From positions 13,689-77,688 of the forward strand of contig CAWISP010000034.1 in NCBI GenBank assembly GCA_963838775.1: a stretch of DNA of 64,000 bases, read 5' to 3'. The position numbers and the translations under genes are program-made. The notes below the pieces were generated by a model. The model saw nothing but the letters and a program-made list of their open reading frames with translations, ran no database searches and was not told the DNA's origin. Positions within the stretch are counted from its first letter, which is position 1, and every line of letters starts with the position of its first letter. Below are positions 36,174-46,434 of this stretch, piece by piece. Origin of the DNA: an uncultured Acidimicrobiales bacterium (GTDB lineage Bacteria; Actinomycetota; Acidimicrobiia; Acidimicrobiales; UBA8190).

Positions 36174-37205
36174 TCAGACCAGCGGCAGGGCGCGCACCTC
36201 GGCGGTGACCGCCCCCGCCAGCGCGTCGTCGTCTGCACCCCCACCGGCGGGGCGGAGCTCGATGATGCTCGGGGGTGTCACCGTCCTGTGCACGTAGCCC
36301 AGCGCCACCATCGCGCCGAGGCTCGGCGACCACGCCGAGGACGTCACCGTGCCGACGACCTTTCCTTCGGACACGATCTCGGACCCCGGCGCCACGCCCT
36401 GAGCCCCGGACCGATCCTCGCCCGGGCCCGGTGCCCCGGAGGCGGCGAGCCCCACCACGACGAGGCCCCGCAGATGACGCGCCACCCGGTTCCCCCGGGC
36501 GTCGAGCCTGGCCACGAGCTCCTGGCCGGTGTAACAACCCTTGGTGAAGCTCACGCACCGCTCGAGAAGGTCGGCTTCCGCCGCGATGGTGCGCTCGTCG
36601 AGCTCCGCCCCCATGACGGGGATGCCCGCCTCGACGCGCACCGACTCCCACGCCCCGAGCGAGCACACCCGAACGCCGTCGGGGACGTGCGGAGCCTCAC
36701 CCAAGAGGTCGACACCCGAAACGCCGTTCCACGAGAACGCCGCGGTCAACGAGGCCCCTGCGGTGTCTCCCCCCGCGATGTCTCCCCCCGCGGTGCGCGG
36801 TCCCCGCAGTGCGACGCAGCGCCATGCCAGGGGCTCGATGACGACCTTGACCCGCAGCTTGAAGCGCGCCAGACGCGCCGCCACCACCTCGCCGAAACCT
36901 CCGTCGACGTCGAGGACGAATGCGTCGTCGCCGGTCCGCGTCACGCGCACCAGCGCGTCGAGCTTCCCCTGGGGCGTCAGGATCAGAGAATCCGCCGACT
37001 CCCCCACTCCCAGCGCGACGACGTCCTGGGACAGCTGGCCCTGGAGGTACTCCACCGCATCAGCGCCCGACACGTCGAGGACGTCTCGTCGCAGTGTCAC
37101 CGCTCCCGTCGCGGTCCGCAAGGCCTGGTAGTCGGCGAGGAACCCCGTGTCGTGGAACCCCGTGTCGTCGGACGAGCGGGACGAGGCGTCACCGGCGATG
37201 GTCAT
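36174..37205 (-). CDS. ygfZ: YgfZ-type folate-binding protein (GcvT-like fold)
   Basis: Diagnostic KGCYTGQE motif (SFTKGCYTGQELVARL). GcvT-like N-terminal region (GADAVEYLQGQLSQDV). ATGA overlap with the trpE stop. Confidence 0.8.
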   Translation of the reverse strand: MTIAGDASSRSSDDTGFHDTGFLADYQALRTATGAVTLRRDVLDVSGADAVEYLQGQLSQDVVALGVGESADSLILTPQGKLDALVRVTRTGDDAFVLDVDGGFGEVVAARLARFKLRVKVVIEPLAWRCVALRGPRTAGGDIAGGDTAGASLTAAFSWNGVSGVDLLGEAPHVPDGVRVCSLGAWESVRVEAGIPVMGAELDERTIAAEADLLERCVSFTKGCYTGQELVARLDARGNRVARHLRGLVVVGLAASGAPGPGEDRSGAQGVAPGSEIVSEGKVVGTVTSSAWSPSLGAMVALGYVHRTVTPPSIIELRPAGGGADDDALAGAVTAEVRALPLV

Positions 37206-38734
37206 CGATGCGTGGCGCGCCGCGCCGCGGGCACCGCCGCCAGCAGGGCGGCGGCCTTGTTGTGACATTCGACGTCCTCTTCCACCGGGTCGCTGTCGGC
37301 CACGATCCCGGCCCCGGCCTGCACCGAGGCACGCCCGTCGGGTGTCACCACCATCGTCCGGATGGCGATGGCCGTGTCGAGATTGCCCGAGAAGTCGAGA
37401 TATCCCACCACTCCGCCGTAGACACCGCGCTTGGTGGGCTCGAGGTCGTCGATGATCTGCATGGCTCGCACCTTGGGAGCCCCGGACAGGGTTCCGGCCG
37501 GGATCGTGGCCCGCAGGACATCGATCGGCCCCTTGCCCGGGGCCAGGCGCCCCGACACCTGGGAGGTGAGATGCATGACGTGGCTGTAGCGCTCGACGGT
37601 CTTGAACTCGTCGACATGCTCGGTCCCGAAGGTGACCACCCGACCGAGGTCGTTGCGCGCCAGGTCCACGAGCATCACGTGCTCGGCGACCTCCTTGGGG
37701 TGTTCAGAGAGCTCACCGGCCAGACGGTCGTCCTCGGCTTCGCTCTGGCCCCGTCGACGCGTCCCGGCGATGGGACGTGACACCACCACGCCGTCGCGCA
37801 GTCGGACGAGCGGTTCGGGGGTAGCCCCCACCACGGTGCAGTGGTCGCTGCGGAGGAAATAGAGGTACGGGCTCGGGTTCACGAGGCGCAGCACCCGGTA
37901 CAGGTCGAAGGGATCGGCACCGAGGTCGAGGTCGAAGCGTTGCGACAACACCACCTGGAAGATGTCACCGGCCCGAATGAGCTCCTTGGCGCTGCACACG
38001 GCGGCTTGGTACGCCTCCGACGACATGGTCCCCGTCACCTCCGGTGCCGGGTCGTCCGCTCGGGGCGCTTCCAACGGCGGGCCACCCAAGGGACGGAAGA
38101 GCGCTGCAGCCAGATCGTCGAGGCGCTTCCCCGCCGCGTCGAAGGCGGCCGACGCCTCGGCGTCGTCCCAGTCCTCACCCACGACGACGTTGTCCACGAG
38201 CACGACGCGCTGACGCCAGTGGTCGAAGGCGCACAGCTGCCCAATCACATGCAGGACGGCGTCGGGGAGCCCGGTGTCGTCACGGGGCATGTTGGGGAGA
38301 TGTTCGACCTCCCGCACGACGTCGTAACCCAGATACCCCACCAGCCCGCCGTGGAGAGGAGGTAGATCGGCGACGACCGGGGAACGGTAGGCACTGAGCA
38401 TGGCGTCGATGGTGGCGAGGATCCCCTCGTCGGCACGCGCCCGGACCTCAAGAGGTAGCTCGAGCGTGCCCTCGGCGCTGACCGACCGCCCTCGACCCAC
38501 CAGGGTGGCCAAGGGATTGCGACCCACGAAGGAATAGCGCCCCCAGCGCTCCCCGCCCTCGACGGACTCGAGCAGGAACCCGGTGTCGTCGCCCACGGCG
38601 AGCAGGAAGGCGCTCACGGGCGTGAGCGTGTCGGCCACCACCTCGCGCCACACCGGGACGATGCGGTGCTCGCGACACAGAGCAGCGAAGACGGCGCGCC
38701 CCGGACGGTCGGGAAGCGACCCGGTGGCGCTCAC
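37202..38734 (-). CDS. trpE: Anthranilate synthase component I
   Basis: [16 protein letters not shown], chorismate-binding core ([39 protein letters not shown]). GTG 38734 overlaps the hisI stop (GTGA). Confidence 0.92.
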   Translation of the reverse strand: MSATGSLPDRPGRAVFAALCREHRIVPVWREVVADTLTPVSAFLLAVGDDTGFLLESVEGGERWGRYSFVGRNPLATLVGRGRSVSAEGTLELPLEVRARADEGILATIDAMLSAYRSPVVADLPPLHGGLVGYLGYDVVREVEHLPNMPRDDTGLPDAVLHVIGQLCAFDHWRQRVVLVDNVVVGEDWDDAEASAAFDAAGKRLDDLAAALFRPLGGPPLEAPRADDPAPEVTGTMSSEAYQAAVCSAKELIRAGDIFQVVLSQRFDLDLGADPFDLYRVLRLVNPSPYLYFLRSDHCTVVGATPEPLVRLRDGVVVSRPIAGTRRRGQSEAEDDRLAGELSEHPKEVAEHVMLVDLARNDLGRVVTFGTEHVDEFKTVERYSHVMHLTSQVSGRLAPGKGPIDVLRATIPAGTLSGAPKVRAMQIIDDLEPTKRGVYGGVVGYLDFSGNLDTAIAIRTMVVTPDGRASVQAGAGIVADSDPVEEDVECHNKAAALLAAVPAARRATHR

Positions 38735-39144
38735 GCCTGGGCCGGAGATCCCCCGGCCGCGCCGTTCGCGTCGCCGGCGCCGGAGCCGGCGCCGAACGAC
38801 CGGTAGAAGCACGACCGGGCCCCGGTGTGACAGGCCCCGTTCCCGTCCTGGTCCACCACCACGAGCAGGGCATCGCCGTCACAGTCGTAGCGGACGGCCC
38901 GCACCCATTGGCGGTCGCCCGAGGTCTCCCCCTTGCACCAGTACTCGCTGCGGCTCCGGCTCCAGAACCAGGACCGACCGGTCCGAAGGGTCCGGCGCAG
39001 GGCCTCGCAGTCCATGTACCCGAGCATCAGGACCACACCGTCGCCGGCGTCCTGCACGATCGCCGGCACGAGGCCGTCAGCCCCGAAGCGCACGACGGCG
39101 AGATCCTCCTCGGTGAACTCCACAGGCGACGCGACCCGGTCCAT
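38731..39144 (-). CDS. hisI: Phosphoribosyl-AMP cyclohydrolase
   Basis: [24 protein letters not shown] and CDGDALL...CHTG motifs. Confidence 0.92.
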   Translation of the reverse strand: MDRVASPVEFTEEDLAVVRFGADGLVPAIVQDAGDGVVLMLGYMDCEALRRTLRTGRSWFWSRSRSEYWCKGETSGDRQWVRAVRYDCDGDALLVVVDQDGNGACHTGARSCFYRSFGAGSGAGDANGAAGGSPAQA

Positions 39145-39321
39145 GAGCTCTCACGATACCGGTCGCCTCACACGGTCCCGGCGCAAAGTGCCAGGCACGA
39201 CGAGTCTTCTGGGAACCCGGCCCCGGTGGGCGACGGGCCCCGATCGAGACATCGGCGCCTATGAAGCCTACTATTCGGTAACTCCGCCGACATCCGGTGC
39301 GGAGGGTGGCCGGGGGGCGCA

Positions 39322-41979
39322 ATGAGACGGACGTGGGAGTGGCTCGGCCTCAACCTGGGCAGGCGCGCCGGGACGGTGGCCATCTGCGGGTTGCTCATCA
39401 CCCTCGCCCTCGGCTTCGGCATCACCACCCTGCGCTTCACGACCAGCAACTCCGACTATCTCAATACCAACGATCCCGCCTGGATCAACAACGTCAACTA
39501 CGAGAACGTCTTCGGCGGCGATCCCATGGCCGTCCTCTTCACCATGAAGCCGGGGACGACCGTCGACAATCTCCTGACCCTCCAGAACCAGGCCGCCTTC
39601 AAGACCATCTCCTCCAAGTTGACGAAAGACCCCTGGGTGTTCAGTGCGGTCACCCCCATGGACGCCCTGCAGTTCGCGCAGAAGCTTCTGAGCAGTCCGA
39701 CGGGCAGCCCTCTCGACAGCCCCGCCTTCCATCTGCTCCAGGCGGCCATCTCGAGTGACACCAACCCCACCGACAAGCAGATCCGGGCCCACTACCTGAC
39801 CCAGGAGGGCATCGAGCTGGCCAAGACCCTGCCGGCGGATCAGGTGCTCCAGAATCCCAAGTGGATGGACTTCGTCATCCACGAGCAGAACGGGACGATT
39901 CGACAGTCGCTGCTGACCTTCGTGCACGACAACCATCACGCCCTGCTGGCGGTCTACCTGAAGGGCGACCTCAACATCAACCAGGAGACCACCGCAGCAT
40001 CGTCGGTGACCAAGATCATCGATGCGGCGCATTTCCAGAACGTCACGACCATCACCACCGGCGTGCCGGCGCTGCTCAAGACCATCAACGACTACCTCAA
40101 GCACGGCATCATCATCCTGGCGTTGTTGGCCGGGGCGATCATGATGACGATCCTCCTCCTGTCCTTCACAGTGCGATGGCGACTGCTCGCCTTCGCCATC
40201 GTGGCCGTCGGCCTGGTCTGGGGGTTCGGCCTCGTCGGCTACTTCCATGTCCCACTCACCCTGGCCACCATCGCCGCACTCCCGGTCTTGCTCGGGGTGG
40301 GCATGGACTACGCCATCCAGATGCACTCGCGCATCGAGGAGGAAGTGATCCTCGCCCGCGCCGCGCATCCCATTCAGGCGGCGGCACGCGGCCTCGGCCC
40401 TGCGCTCCTCGTCGTCACCTTCGACGCCGTCTTCGCCTTCATGGCGCTGTGGTTCGCCAAGACCCCCGCCATCCGCGAATTCGGCTCCCTGCTCGTGATC
40501 GGCATCATCGCCGTGTGCGTGTGCAGCATCATCGCCACCCTGGCCGTCCTCGGCATCCGCGAGTACAAGTCGCCGACCAAAGGCAAGGACTTCAGCCAGG
40601 GCCGTCTCAGCCGGGTGGCGGTGTTCCTCGGGAGCCTCCCCCAGCGCTCCGCCGTCCCCTTGGCCATCGTCAGCGTGGTGATCCTGCTGTCGGGGATCGC
40701 GGTCGAGGGGAAGCTGGCGCTGCAGACCGACCCCATTTCCTGGGTGAACCCGCAGTCCCAGGCCATCAAGGACATCACGCAGCTGAAAACAGCGACGGGA
40801 TCGAACAACGAGATCGCCATGCGGATCTCGACCGATCACCCGTGGAGCAACCAGACCGTCGACTACGTCATCAACTTCTCGCACCAGCTCGAGAAGAAGT
40901 ACCCCAACACCCTGTTCCCCGGCGCCGGGCTCATCAACACCATCGACCAGTTCGTGACCGTCAAGGGCATGAAGGAAATTCCGCCCACGGGGGCCGAGAT
41001 GCAGGGCATCTACCTCATCGCCCCTCCCGGCATCGTGAAGACGACGGTGGCCGACAACGGGGCCGCGCTCAACGTCATATTCCTGGGACGGACCGACACG
41101 CTCGATCAGCTCGCTCCCGTGGTGAAGGACCTCGAGGGTGGGATCAACGCCCCGCCGGGGATCTCGGTGGCACCCGGGGGCATCGCCACGGTGGGTGTGG
41201 GCCTCATCCAGAACCTCGAAGCGTCCCGGGTCAAGCTCACGTATCTGGCCATCCTCTTCGTCGGCCTCTTCCTCACTCTCAGGCTGCGCAGCCTCATTCG
41301 GGCCCTGCTGTCGCTCGTGCCCGTGCTCGTGGCCGTGGGGGCGGTGTCGCTGATCGGCGTGGCCTTCCACCTCAAGCTGAGCCCCGTGACGGCGGTGGCC
41401 GGGCCCCTGGTGGTGGCCGTCTGTACGGAATTCACCTCCCTCATCCTGTTGCGATTCGTCGAGGAGCGGGCCCGGGGCCTCACACCGCGCCAGGCGATGG
41501 ACGCCACGGCGCGGCGCACCGGAAGGGCCTTCATGGTCTCGGGCATGACCGCCATCGCCGGCGTTGCGACCTTGGGCCTGTCGTCGATGCCACTGCTGAG
41601 CGACTTCGGCGTCATCGTCGCCATCAACATCACCGTCGCCCTGCTGAGCGCGCTGATCGTGCTGCCGCCCATCCTGGTGTGGGCTGATCAGCGCAACTGG
41701 GTATCGCGTGGATTGATCAAGCCGCCACCGCCCCAATACCAGACGATCGATGAGCGCTACCCGGCCCTCGTGGGAGCCAACGGCAGTGTCGACGCCAACG
41801 GCAGTGTCGACGCCAACGGCAACCTCGACGGGGCGTACCCTGCTCCGCCGCCCCCGCCGCGATCCCAGCCCCAGCCCGTGTTGCAGCCCCAGCCGGTGTC
41901 CCCGGGTGTGCACGTGCCACCGGTGCCGGCCCCGGTGGCGCTGTGGCACCCGCAGTTCCGCGACGTCGACCCCGGCTGA
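39322..41979 (+). CDS. MMPL/RND-superfamily membrane transporter with a repeat-containing Pro-rich C-terminal tail
   Basis: 885 aa in two blocks of about 6 TM helices, each preceded by a large soluble loop. The LPVLLGVGMDYAIQMHSR motif is typical of the MMPL domain. Confidence 0.85.
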   Translation: MRRTWEWLGLNLGRRAGTVAICGLLITLALGFGITTLRFTTSNSDYLNTNDPAWINNVNYENVFGGDPMAVLFTMKPGTTVDNLLTLQNQAAFKTISSKLTKDPWVFSAVTPMDALQFAQKLLSSPTGSPLDSPAFHLLQAAISSDTNPTDKQIRAHYLTQEGIELAKTLPADQVLQNPKWMDFVIHEQNGTIRQSLLTFVHDNHHALLAVYLKGDLNINQETTAASSVTKIIDAAHFQNVTTITTGVPALLKTINDYLKHGIIILALLAGAIMMTILLLSFTVRWRLLAFAIVAVGLVWGFGLVGYFHVPLTLATIAALPVLLGVGMDYAIQMHSRIEEEVILARAAHPIQAAARGLGPALLVVTFDAVFAFMALWFAKTPAIREFGSLLVIGIIAVCVCSIIATLAVLGIREYKSPTKGKDFSQGRLSRVAVFLGSLPQRSAVPLAIVSVVILLSGIAVEGKLALQTDPISWVNPQSQAIKDITQLKTATGSNNEIAMRISTDHPWSNQTVDYVINFSHQLEKKYPNTLFPGAGLINTIDQFVTVKGMKEIPPTGAEMQGIYLIAPPGIVKTTVADNGAALNVIFLGRTDTLDQLAPVVKDLEGGINAPPGISVAPGGIATVGVGLIQNLEASRVKLTYLAILFVGLFLTLRLRSLIRALLSLVPVLVAVGAVSLIGVAFHLKLSPVTAVAGPLVVAVCTEFTSLILLRFVEERARGLTPRQAMDATARRTGRAFMVSGMTAIAGVATLGLSSMPLLSDFGVIVAINITVALLSALIVLPPILVWADQRNWVSRGLIKPPPPQYQTIDERYPALVGANGSVDANGSVDANGNLDGAYPAPPPPPRSQPQPVLQPQPVSPGVHVPPVPAPVALWHPQFRDVDPG
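41776..41829 (+). repeat. In-frame 18-bp tandem repeat (3 copies) encoding ANGSVD-ANGSVD-ANGNLD in the MMPL tail
   Basis: GCCAACGGCAGTGTCGAC occurs twice, then GCCAACGGCAACCTCGAC. Confidence 0.85.
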
Positions 41980-42018
41980 CGTCACCCGAGGCGACGGGCG
42001 GACCGCCGATCAGATGTG

Positions 42019-42378
42019 TCAGAGGTAGAGGCCGGTGCCGCTGTCGATGCGCTCGGAGGCCACGGCGTGGATGTCTCGCTCGCGCAGGATCACGTATTCG
42101 TCGCCCTGGACCTCGACCTCGAAACGGTCCTCGGGGTTGAAGAGCACCTTGTCGCCCACCTTGATCGACCGAACGTGCGGGCCCACCGCCACGACCTCGG
42201 CCCACAACAGGCGGCGTGACACCTGCGCCGTGGCGGGAATGAGGATGCCGGCACGGGAGCGCCGCTCGCCCTCGGCCACGGGTTGCTGGGCCAACACCCG
42301 GTCGGCGAGCATGATGATGGGCTGCTTCGGGGACGGGGTTGGTGACGTAGAGCGAGTCGCCTTGCCCTCAGAAGCCAC
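42019..42378 (-). CDS. GroES/Cpn10-fold protein, stand-alone and atypical
   Basis: IIMLADRVLAQQPVAEGERRSRAGILIPATAQ...AEVVAVGPHVRSIKVGDKVLFNPEDRFEVEVQGDEYVILRERDIHAV aligns by eye to GroES (I.PL.DRVLV...GI.IP..A...G.VVAVG...V.VGD.VL......E....G.EY.IL...DI.AV). It has an extra tail ...SERIDSGTGLYL. Confidence 0.65.
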   Translation of the reverse strand: MASEGKATRSTSPTPSPKQPIIMLADRVLAQQPVAEGERRSRAGILIPATAQVSRRLLWAEVVAVGPHVRSIKVGDKVLFNPEDRFEVEVQGDEYVILRERDIHAVASERIDSGTGLYL

Positions 42379-42443
42379 GGGCGCACCGTAGCCGATCTCG
42401 CTCGCGGCCCGACCTCGCTCGCCGTGTCGGTGGCACTGTCGCG

Positions 42444-43214
42444 CTACCCCGGCGGGGGACGGACGGTGACGCCGTGCGCGCCGAGGTACGCCTTCGCCTC
42501 GGCCACGGTGAACTCCCGGCGATGAAAGATCGACGCCGCCAACACGGCGTCGGCGCCTCCTGCGATCGCCCCCTCCACGAGGTGGTCGAGGTTCCCCACC
42601 CCACCAGACGCCACCACGGGGACACCGACGATGTCGACGATCGCCCTCGTGAGCTCGACGTCGAACCCGTCCCGGGTCCCGTCGCGGTCCATCGACGTGA
42701 CGAGGATCTCACCCGCCCCGCGCCTGGCGCACTCTTCCGCCCACGCCAATGCATCTGTGCCGGTCGCCTGACGCCCTCCGTGGGTGAACACCTCCCAGCC
42801 CGGCTCAGTGGTGCGATGCCGCGCGTCGATGGCCACCACGACACATTGCGAGCCGAACTCGTCGGCCAGCGCGCCGATCAGCGCCGGGTCGAGGATCGCG
42901 GCGGTGTTCAACGCCACCTTGTCCGCCCCGGCGCGCAACAGTCGACGGGCGTCGTCGGGCGCTCGCACGCCGCCGCCCACGGTGAAGGGGATGAACACCT
43001 CGGCCGCGGTGCGCGACACCACGTCCACCATGGTGTCGCGCCCGTGCACAGAGGCGGTGATGTCGAGGAAGACGAGCTCGTCGGCACCCTCGGCGTCATA
43101 GCGTGCCGCCAGTTCCACTGGATCACCGGCGTCCACCAGATCGACGAACCGCACACCCTTCACGACTCGTCCGGCGTCGACGTCCAGACAGGGGATCACT
43201 CGAACGGCACGCAC
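42444..43214 (-). CDS. hisF: Imidazole glycerol phosphate synthase cyclase subunit
   Basis: [25 protein letters not shown] and SGGVG motifs. Confidence 0.92.
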   Translation of the reverse strand: MRAVRVIPCLDVDAGRVVKGVRFVDLVDAGDPVELAARYDAEGADELVFLDITASVHGRDTMVDVVSRTAAEVFIPFTVGGGVRAPDDARRLLRAGADKVALNTAAILDPALIGALADEFGSQCVVVAIDARHRTTEPGWEVFTHGGRQATGTDALAWAEECARRGAGEILVTSMDRDGTRDGFDVELTRAIVDIVGVPVVASGGVGNLDHLVEGAIAGGADAVLAASIFHRREFTVAEAKAYLGAHGVTVRPPPG

Positions 43215-43954
43215 GCGGCGATCGCCTCCTCGACGGTCATGGCCCCTTCGGCCAGCGCGGTCCCGACGATGGCACCGACCAGCCGTCGGTGTCGGTGCTC
43301 CGTCCCCGCCGTCGCCTCGAGCCCGGACAAGGCGGCGAGGTCCGACGTCGACCGCACCCCTCCTGACGCCACCACAGGATGATCCGTCAGCTTGAGCACG
43401 GCGAGCAGTCCCACGAGATCGGGGCCGCCGAGCATGCCGTCTCGGTCGATGGCGGTGACCACCACCGCGCCCAGGTCCACCGGCGCCAGCCGGCTCAGGG
43501 CGGCATCGAGCGTGGTGCCGGTCGAGTGTTCCCAGCCCCGCACCGCCAACTCCGCTCCCGCCGCCCGGTGGTCGAGGCCCACCGCCACCCGCCCCGGGTA
43601 ACGCGCCGCCAGCGACTCGACGAGCTCGGGCGTCTCGAGGGCGGCGGTGCCGAGCACCACCCGGTGCACGCCGTGGTCGAGCAGAGCGGCGGCATCCGCC
43701 GACCTGCGCACGCCCCCGCCTGCCTGCACCGCGACATCGACGGTCGTGGCGATCTCGAGCACCACGTCCCGGTTGACGGGCTCGCCCGTCCGGGCCGCGT
43801 CGAGGTCAACGACGTGGATCCACGACGCGCCGCCGGCCGCGTACGAGCGCGCCAGCGCCACCGGGTCCCCGTACTCGCGCACGCGACCGAAGTCGCCTTG
43901 GACGAGCCGCACCGCCCCGCCGTCGTGGAGGTCGATGGCCGGGTAGAGCTCCAT
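43196..43954 (-). CDS. hisA: ProFAR isomerase (HisA; PriA-type dual specificity cannot be judged)
   Basis: [22 protein letters not shown]..., VQAGGGVR and [11 protein letters not shown] motifs. ATG 43954 was chosen. Confidence 0.9.
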   Translation of the reverse strand: MELYPAIDLHDGGAVRLVQGDFGRVREYGDPVALARSYAAGGASWIHVVDLDAARTGEPVNRDVVLEIATTVDVAVQAGGGVRRSADAAALLDHGVHRVVLGTAALETPELVESLAARYPGRVAVGLDHRAAGAELAVRGWEHSTGTTLDAALSRLAPVDLGAVVVTAIDRDGMLGGPDLVGLLAVLKLTDHPVVASGGVRSTSDLAALSGLEATAGTEHRHRRLVGAIVGTALAEGAMTVEEAIAACVPFE

Positions 43955-43962
43955 GACACCCG

Positions 43963-44601
43963 TCACGGGCGGGCGAGCCCGTTTCCACACACGGCCACGA
44001 AATTGGCGAGGATGGAGAGCCCTACCGAGCCCGACTTCTCGGGGTGGAACTGCGCGCCCCACACCGACCCGCGCTCGGCGGCGGCGACGACCTCGCCGCC
44101 GTAGTCACACGTCGCCACGGTGTCGCCCGACATCTCCGGCGCATAGGAATGGACGAAGTACACCCACGCCATCGGGGCGATCCCCGCCAGGAGCCGACTG
44201 TCGGCGCCGGGTCGCGTCACCACCTGGTTCCACTGCATCTGGGGACGCTTGACGCCCTCGGGAAGGGATCGCACCGTGCCACCGAGGACGCCGAGACCGG
44301 GCACCGCCGGGGACTCCTCGGATCCTTCGTAGAGCAACTGGAACCCGATGCAGATGCCGAGGAACGGCACCCCCCGCTCGAGGGCGTCGTCGACAGCCGT
44401 GTCAAGGCCGGTGGCGCGCAACGCCTGCGCGCACCGTCCGAATGCCCCCACACCGGGAAGCACCACTCCCGAGGCGCCCGCGGCGTCGTCTGGATCGGTG
44501 ACGAGCCGGGCGTCCGCCCCGAGATGCACGAACGCCTTCTGGGCCGAGGCGAGGTTGCCGATGCCGTAGTCGAGGACGGCGATTCCTCCGTCCATCGTCA
44601 T
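43963..44601 (-). CDS. hisH: Imidazole glycerol phosphate synthase glutamine amidotransferase subunit
   Basis: IAVLDYGIGNLASAQKA, GVGAFG, catalytic GICIGFQLL, and FVHSY...AAQFHPEKS motifs. ATGA overlap with hisB. Confidence 0.92.
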   Translation of the reverse strand: MTMDGGIAVLDYGIGNLASAQKAFVHLGADARLVTDPDDAAGASGVVLPGVGAFGRCAQALRATGLDTAVDDALERGVPFLGICIGFQLLYEGSEESPAVPGLGVLGGTVRSLPEGVKRPQMQWNQVVTRPGADSRLLAGIAPMAWVYFVHSYAPEMSGDTVATCDYGGEVVAAAERGSVWGAQFHPEKSGSVGLSILANFVAVCGNGLARP

Positions 44602-45218
44602 GCCCCGTCGGTGCTTCCCAACGTGCCCTTGGTGGAGGGCACGCCCCCGCCTTCCACCCGCATGGCGTCGCGCAGGCATCGTGCCGTCGCCTTGAACGAT
44701 GCCTCCACGATGTGGTGCGTGTTCTTGCCTGTCAACAGGCGCACGTGCATCGTCATGCCCGACGCCGTGACGAAGGCGCGCCAGAATTCCTCGGCCAGCT
44801 GCGGGTCGAACGGGGGTGAGCCCAGGGGCGTGACGTCGGGGCCGAACGCCACGTCATAGGCGAGGTAGGGGCGACCCGAGATGTCGAGGGCCACCTCCAC
44901 CAACGCCTCGTCGAGCGGCAGCGCGATGGACGCGAAGCGGCGGATGCCCGCCTTGTCACCGAGGGCCTGGGCCAGGGTTTCGCCGAGCACGATGCCCACG
45001 TCCTCCACGGTGTGATGGGCGTCGACGTGGAGGTCACCGGTGGCTTTGACCGTCAGGTCCAACCCCCCATGACGACCGAGTTGGGAGATCATGTGGTCGA
45101 AGAAGGGAAGCCCGGTCTCGACCTGGACCGATCCCGCGCCGTCGAGGTCGAGCTCGACGTCGATGGCCGTCTCTTTCGTCCTGCGTTGGCGCGCCGCGGC
45201 GCGAGGACCCGGACTCAT
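44598..45218 (-). CDS. hisB: Imidazoleglycerol-phosphate dehydratase
   Basis: RRTKETAIDVELDLDG, DAHHTVEDVGI and GKNTHHIVEASFKA motifs. Confidence 0.93.
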   Translation of the reverse strand: MSPGPRAAARQRRTKETAIDVELDLDGAGSVQVETGLPFFDHMISQLGRHGGLDLTVKATGDLHVDAHHTVEDVGIVLGETLAQALGDKAGIRRFASIALPLDEALVEVALDISGRPYLAYDVAFGPDVTPLGSPPFDPQLAEEFWRAFVTASGMTMHVRLLTGKNTHHIVEASFKATARCLRDAMRVEGGGVPSTKGTLGSTDGA

Positions 45219-45351
45219 TTGTCGGGCTCGGCCGGGGCGGGCCCGGTGCGGTTGTCGGAGTTGTCGGCGTGCGTCATGGAATCGCCCAGGTTACGCGCTG
45301 GGCCGGCCGTGACTGACGCTCGGCGCCACGGGGCCGTGCCCGTCGGGTGCA

Positions 45352-46434
45352 TCAGCCCGTCGACAGGCTCGAGCGCAGCGCGGCCAGGAACCGGTCGTTC
45401 TCCTCGGGCGTTCCCACCGTCACGCGCAGGCAGTTGTCGAGCCCCGGCCAGCTCGAACAGTCGCGCACCAGGACCGACGCGCCGAGGAGGTCCTGCCATA
45501 CGGCGGTGGCGGCCCGGGTCGTGGGGCGGAACAGGATGAAGTTGGCATCCGATGGCCACGACTCGACGGCCAGGTCATTGAGGGCGGCGGCGACACGACC
45601 GCGCTCCTCGGTGATCAGCGCCACGCGCGCCTCCATGGCATCGACGTGCCGTAGGGCGAGGCGACCCGCTGCTTGGGTCATGGCATCGAGGTGGTACGGA
45701 AGGACGACGGCTTCGCACGCGGCCACCACCGTCGGATCGCCGACGAGGTACCCGAGTCGACAGGCGGCCATGGACCACGTCTTGGAGAAGGTGCGCACCA
45801 CCACCAGCCGCTCCGCGCCGCTGGCACCGCTCTCCATGAGATCGAGCGCGCTCCACGGCGCGAACTGCCCATAGGCCTCGTCCACCACGACGAGGCCCGG
45901 GGCGCGCTCGAGGACGCGCGCCACGACCTCGGGTGGCTCGGCTCTCCCCGTGGGATTGTTGGGTGAGCACAGGAACGTGATCACGGGTTGGAACTCGTCG
46001 AGGACGTCGTCGAGCACGTCCAGGTCCATTTGGTGATCGGGACCACGCCAACCGCGCACCACCTCCGTGGCCGTGATCGAGGCGATGTGGCTGTGCAGCG
46101 CGTACGTGGGCTCGAACACCGCCACGACGCGACCGGGGCCCCCATAGGCCAGGAGCAGGCACTGCAGGACCTCGTTGGAGCCGTTGGCACAGAACACACG
46201 GACCGGGTCGACCCCGTGGAACCGGCCCAGGGCGTGGCGCAACTCGGTGGCGTCGCGGTCGGGATAGCGGTTGAAGTCGATCCGGCCGAGCTCGTCGCGC
46301 AGCTCGTCGAGCCACGCCGGCGGCGGTGGCAACGGGGACTCGTTCGTGTTGAGGCGCACCTCGACGTGGACCTGCGGGGAGTGGTAGCCCGACAACAGTG
46401 TCAGGTCCGGCCGCAGCGGTATCGGGCCCGTCAT
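45352..46434 (-). CDS. hisC: Histidinol-phosphate aminotransferase
   Basis: RLNTNESP, NGSNE, CSPNNPTG and TFSKTWSMAACRLGY (PLP lysine) motifs. ATGA overlap with the hisD stop. The upstream part of track ORF 45352-47301 is spurious. Confidence 0.92.
   Translation of the reverse strand: MTGPIPLRPDLTLLSGYHSPQVHVEVRLNTNESPLPPPPAWLDELRDELGRIDFNRYPDRDATELRHALGRFHGVDPVRVFCANGSNEVLQCLLLAYGGPGRVVAVFEPTYALHSHIASITATEVVRGWRGPDHQMDLDVLDDVLDEFQPVITFLCSPNNPTGRAEPPEVVARVLERAPGLVVVDEAYGQFAPWSALDLMESGASGAERLVVVRTFSKTWSMAACRLGYLVGDPTVVAACEAVVLPYHLDAMTQAAGRLALRHVDAMEARVALITEERGRVAAALNDLAVESWPSDANFILFRPTTRAATAVWQDLLGASVLVRDCSSWPGLDNCLRVTVGTPEENDRFLAALRSSLSTG

Noticed and set aside
38735-39321. trp leader-peptide attenuator or T-box upstream of trpE or hisI
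   Set aside because: The trpE start overlaps the hisI stop, so there is no leader. The 177-nt region upstream of hisI (39145-39321) is shared with the divergent MMPL gene, and it shows no Trp/His-codon-rich mini-ORF or terminator/antiterminator pair that I could find.
39271-41985. 904-aa ORF antisense to the MMPL gene
   Set aside because: It mirrors the full length of a well-supported transporter gene, and its translation is His/Arg/Gly/Asp-rich without TM segments or motifs.
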